Shown here in pieces: positions 37,426-39,602 of a stretch of 39,602 bases of DNA. Source of the DNA: an archaeon (lineage in GTDB: Archaea > B1Sed10-29 > JAJSAI01); assembly GCA_024274695.1 (NCBI GenBank), contig JAJSAI010000029.1, positions 1-39,602 of the forward strand, read 5' to 3'. Under the pieces are notes generated by a model that worked only from the letters and a program-made list of their open reading frames with translations, was not told the DNA's origin and did not search any database. Every line of letters begins with the position of its first letter. Position 1 is the stretch's first letter. A program made the translations under genes and the position numbers.

Positions 37426-38289
37426 CTAGTACGAGAGGTAAAGCTGGTAAACCGCGAACGCGATTACACTGGCTATTACCGCCTTGTACGCGTATTCCTT
37501 CATGTTCCCTCTTTCTCCCAGTTTCTTTACTCCTTTTACTGCTGCTGCCGCGCCCAGGACCACCGTGAACACTGAGGTCATGCTGTTGGAGACAGTATTG
37601 GCTATCGCGAAAGACTGTGAAGCTGCTGTAAAGAACAGGGTGAGCGCGGTAGCAACCAGAACAAAGTATACTGGGAGAACTTTCCACACTCTCCGAATTC
37701 TGGAAATCCTTATTTTGCTTCTAAATAATAGTAGCGCGGCTCCTGCGAGCGGTAGCTCGTAAAGGTTTCTTCCCAGGACGAACAGGATGCCGGAGGATGA
37801 CGAGAACTTTACCATGCTGTCTCCAGCCATCCAGACCATGAGCGCGGAGAACACCAGGGCTGAGGACAGCAAGTCCCTTTCTCTCATGGGATTCCATGAG
37901 AAGAGTATGAATGCTCCGGAGATTACAAGGAGCCAGAGTGTGCTCTGCGGAGAGTACTCTTCTGACAGTAGGGCTACCGAGAAGATCACGCTCACGAGGG
38001 GTCTTGCGCTCATCAGCACTCCTACTGTGGAGGGGCTTGTCCTGTTCAAGGCCTTGAGGTAGAGGAGGTATCCGGCGAGTGTTGCCCAGCCGCTAACCAG
38101 GAGGGGAAGAGGGTTTTCCAGCCACTCGCGGACAAAGGGGAGGAGTAGCAGGGCGACGGTCCCTCCTGCGATGGTGACGGTCAGTGCCCACGAGACATAG
38201 TCTTCCAGCTCTGATATCACCTTTTTCTCGACGAAAATCAGCAGGGCGTATGCGAGGGCTGCGGACAGGGCGATGACAACAACATTCAT
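37426..38289 (-). CDS. EamA/DMT-superfamily transporter
   Basis: About 10 hydrophobic helices; EKKV, YLKAL..TSPS, RPLVSVIFS..LLSE pattern. Confidence 0.75.
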   Translation of the reverse strand: MNVVVIALSAALAYALLIFVEKKVISELEDYVSWALTVTIAGGTVALLLLPFVREWLENPLPLLVSGWATLAGYLLYLKALNRTSPSTVGVLMSARPLVSVIFSVALLSEEYSPQSTLWLLVISGAFILFSWNPMRERDLLSSALVFSALMVWMAGDSMVKFSSSSGILFVLGRNLYELPLAGAALLLFRSKIRISRIRRVWKVLPVYFVLVATALTLFFTAASQSFAIANTVSNSMTSVFTVVLGAAAAVKGVKKLGERGNMKEYAYKAVIASVIAFAVYQLYLSY

Positions 38290-38363
38290 TTTTTACCACG
38301 CTGAGAACCTGAAGGAGCGAAGGGCGGGGGAGGCTGCCTTTTTTATTTGGTACGGAAGGGTTC

Positions 38364-38388
38364 GTAAGGGCGGGGAAGGCGCCCTTAC
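38364..38388. repeat. 9-bp stem hairpin immediately 3' of tRNA-Ala(GGC)
   Basis: GTAAGGGCG-GGGAAGG-CGCCCTTAC, perfect inverted repeat. Confidence 0.6.
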
Positions 38389-38391
38389 TAG

Positions 38392-38463
38392 TGGACCCGC
38401 GGGGATTCGAACCCCGGACCTCTTCCACGCCAAGGAAGCGATCTTCCACTGATCTACGGGCCC
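38392..38463 (-). tRNA. tRNA-Ala(GGC)
   Basis: GGGCCCG TA GATC AGTGGAA GATC G CTTCC TT GGC GT GGAAG AGGTC CGGGG TTCGAAT CCCCG CGGGTCC A; G3:U70; CCA not encoded (CTA follows). Confidence 0.95.
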
Positions 38464-38494
38464 ATTGGAAGGGGCTTCCCTTTTGGGAGTGGGT

Positions 38495-38716
38495 TTAGGG
38501 GGATATGTATATTACGTTGTCTCCCCTGAGTATCAGGCTGCCTATTTTCTCTGCAGGCTGGTCTCCTTCCAGGGCTTCTGCGTTGTCTAGGACAAGGTTC
38601 ATGTGCTGGTCAAATGCCTGCAGTGTTCCTCTTATCTTCCTGTTTCCTTTGAGTTGTATCAGGACTTGTTTACCAAGCGCTTGGTTCAGCAGGTCAAATG
38701 GTCTTGTTATTTCCAT
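38495..38716 (-). CDS. Sm-like archaeal protein (Lsm/SmAP1)
   Basis: RPFDLL, GTLQAFDQHMNLVL (Sm1), ILRGDNVIYISP (Sm2). Confidence 0.95.
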   Translation of the reverse strand: MEITRPFDLLNQALGKQVLIQLKGNRKIRGTLQAFDQHMNLVLDNAEALEGDQPAEKIGSLILRGDNVIYISP

Positions 38717-38743
38717 GCTTGATCACTCCCTCTTTCTTTTCTT

Positions 38744-39541
38744 TCATTTTTTCTTTTTAAACCTTGAGAAAAGCCGTGAGAAGATTCCCGGGCCCTTCTG
38801 TTTCACGGCGGTCCCTGTTTTCGCTGGTGTTATTTCTTCTCCAAGGATCTTGGCAGCTAGGGAGAGTATTGCCGCTGCAGCGGGATTGTCCTTTTTCTCG
38901 AGGACCACGAGCTTGCTTTTCTGGGAGAGTCTTCTGAACTCTTCGTCGTGAGGGATCTGTGCGAGGATCTGGGTTTCCAGCAGGTCTGCTATTTCTTCTG
39001 GTTTCATGCCTGGTTTCTCTTTTCTCCAGAAGTTTATGACGAGCCCTATCACTTTTGCACCCATCTTTTCTGCCAGTAGTTTTGTTTTGTAGGCGTCAGT
39101 GGCGCTTGTGACTTCCGGCATGGAGACTATGAGCACTTCCTTGGCTGCTGCGAAGCAGGCGATGACGTCCCTGCCGATTCCAGCGGGAACGTCCAGGAGT
39201 ATTATGTCCCCGTATGCTGACAGTTCTGCTATCGTTTTAGCCAGTTTCTCGGGGTCCACTCTCTTGAACTGTCTCACGGGCACTCCTGCTGGGACGAACT
39301 TCGCTCCTCCTGGGGCGTCGTATATCGCGTCCTCTATTCTTGCTTCTCCGTTAAGGACGTCCTGGAGGGTTATTGGCCTGCCGTGCATTCCGAGAACGAG
39401 CTCAAGGTTTGCCATGTCAAGGTCTGCGTCAACCATGATCACCTTCTTTCCGGCCAGCGCCATTGCCACGCCGAGGTTGGCCGTGATCACGGTTTTCCCT
39501 ACTCCCCCTTTCCCAGAGGCTACTGCTATTATTCTTGTCAT
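38744..39541 (-). CDS. minD: MinD-family ATPase
   Basis: ASGKGGVGKT deviant Walker A, DADLDMANL, DVPAG, C-terminal amphipathic GIFSRLFSRFKKKK. Confidence 0.92.
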   Translation of the reverse strand: MTRIIAVASGKGGVGKTVITANLGVAMALAGKKVIMVDADLDMANLELVLGMHGRPITLQDVLNGEARIEDAIYDAPGGAKFVPAGVPVRQFKRVDPEKLAKTIAELSAYGDIILLDVPAGIGRDVIACFAAAKEVLIVSMPEVTSATDAYKTKLLAEKMGAKVIGLVINFWRKEKPGMKPEEIADLLETQILAQIPHDEEFRRLSQKSKLVVLEKKDNPAAAAILSLAAKILGEEITPAKTGTAVKQKGPGIFSRLFSRFKKKK

Positions 39542-39547
39542 CTGTTC

Positions 39548-39601
39548 TCACCGTAGGACATCAAGTTTTTCGGCTATTACCCTGGTCTCGATAGAACTTA
39601 C
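39548..39601 (-). CDS. Possible 3' end of an upstream gene (partial)
   Basis: Open frame VSSIETRVIAEKLDVLR* ending 6 nt before minD; too short to assign. Confidence 0.3.
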   Translation of the reverse strand, partial: VSSIETRVIAEKLDVLR

Positions 39602-39602
39602 C

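Overview
Gene-dense archaeal chromosomal segment; the K/E/R-rich proteins, GC-rich tRNA stems and the S8 protease C-terminal architecture suggest (inference only) a thermophilic, possibly DPANN-type lineage. It holds housekeeping genes (top6A partial, top6B, KH/Dim2, RIO1, CorA, split Hef helicase + ERCC4 nuclease, class II RNR with CobO, SMC, Lsm, MinD), a 1783-aa membrane-anchored subtilase, a redox block (AOR, glutaredoxin, COG3355-like HTH) and four intron-less tRNAs (2x Ala, 2x Cys). The most notable structure is a ~14.5 kb cysteine/sulfur island (7118-21668) that encodes BOTH routes to Cys-tRNA: the indirect SepRS + SepCysS route and the direct CysRS route. SepCysS and CysRS are each immediately preceded by their own, divergent tRNA-Cys(GCA): a G37/C2-G71 isodecoder 17 nt before pscS and an A37/G2-C71 isodecoder 32 nt before cysS. 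The direct route is in a tight run with a wHTH regulator (whose stop codon lies inside the tRNA), a Cu-ATPase and superoxide reductase, while ThiF, IscS/IscU and SufS lie beside or between sepS and pscS. This suggests a tRNA-partitioned, possibly O2/Cu-stress-switched cysteine coding system. No CRISPR array, rRNA, integrase or transposase was seen.
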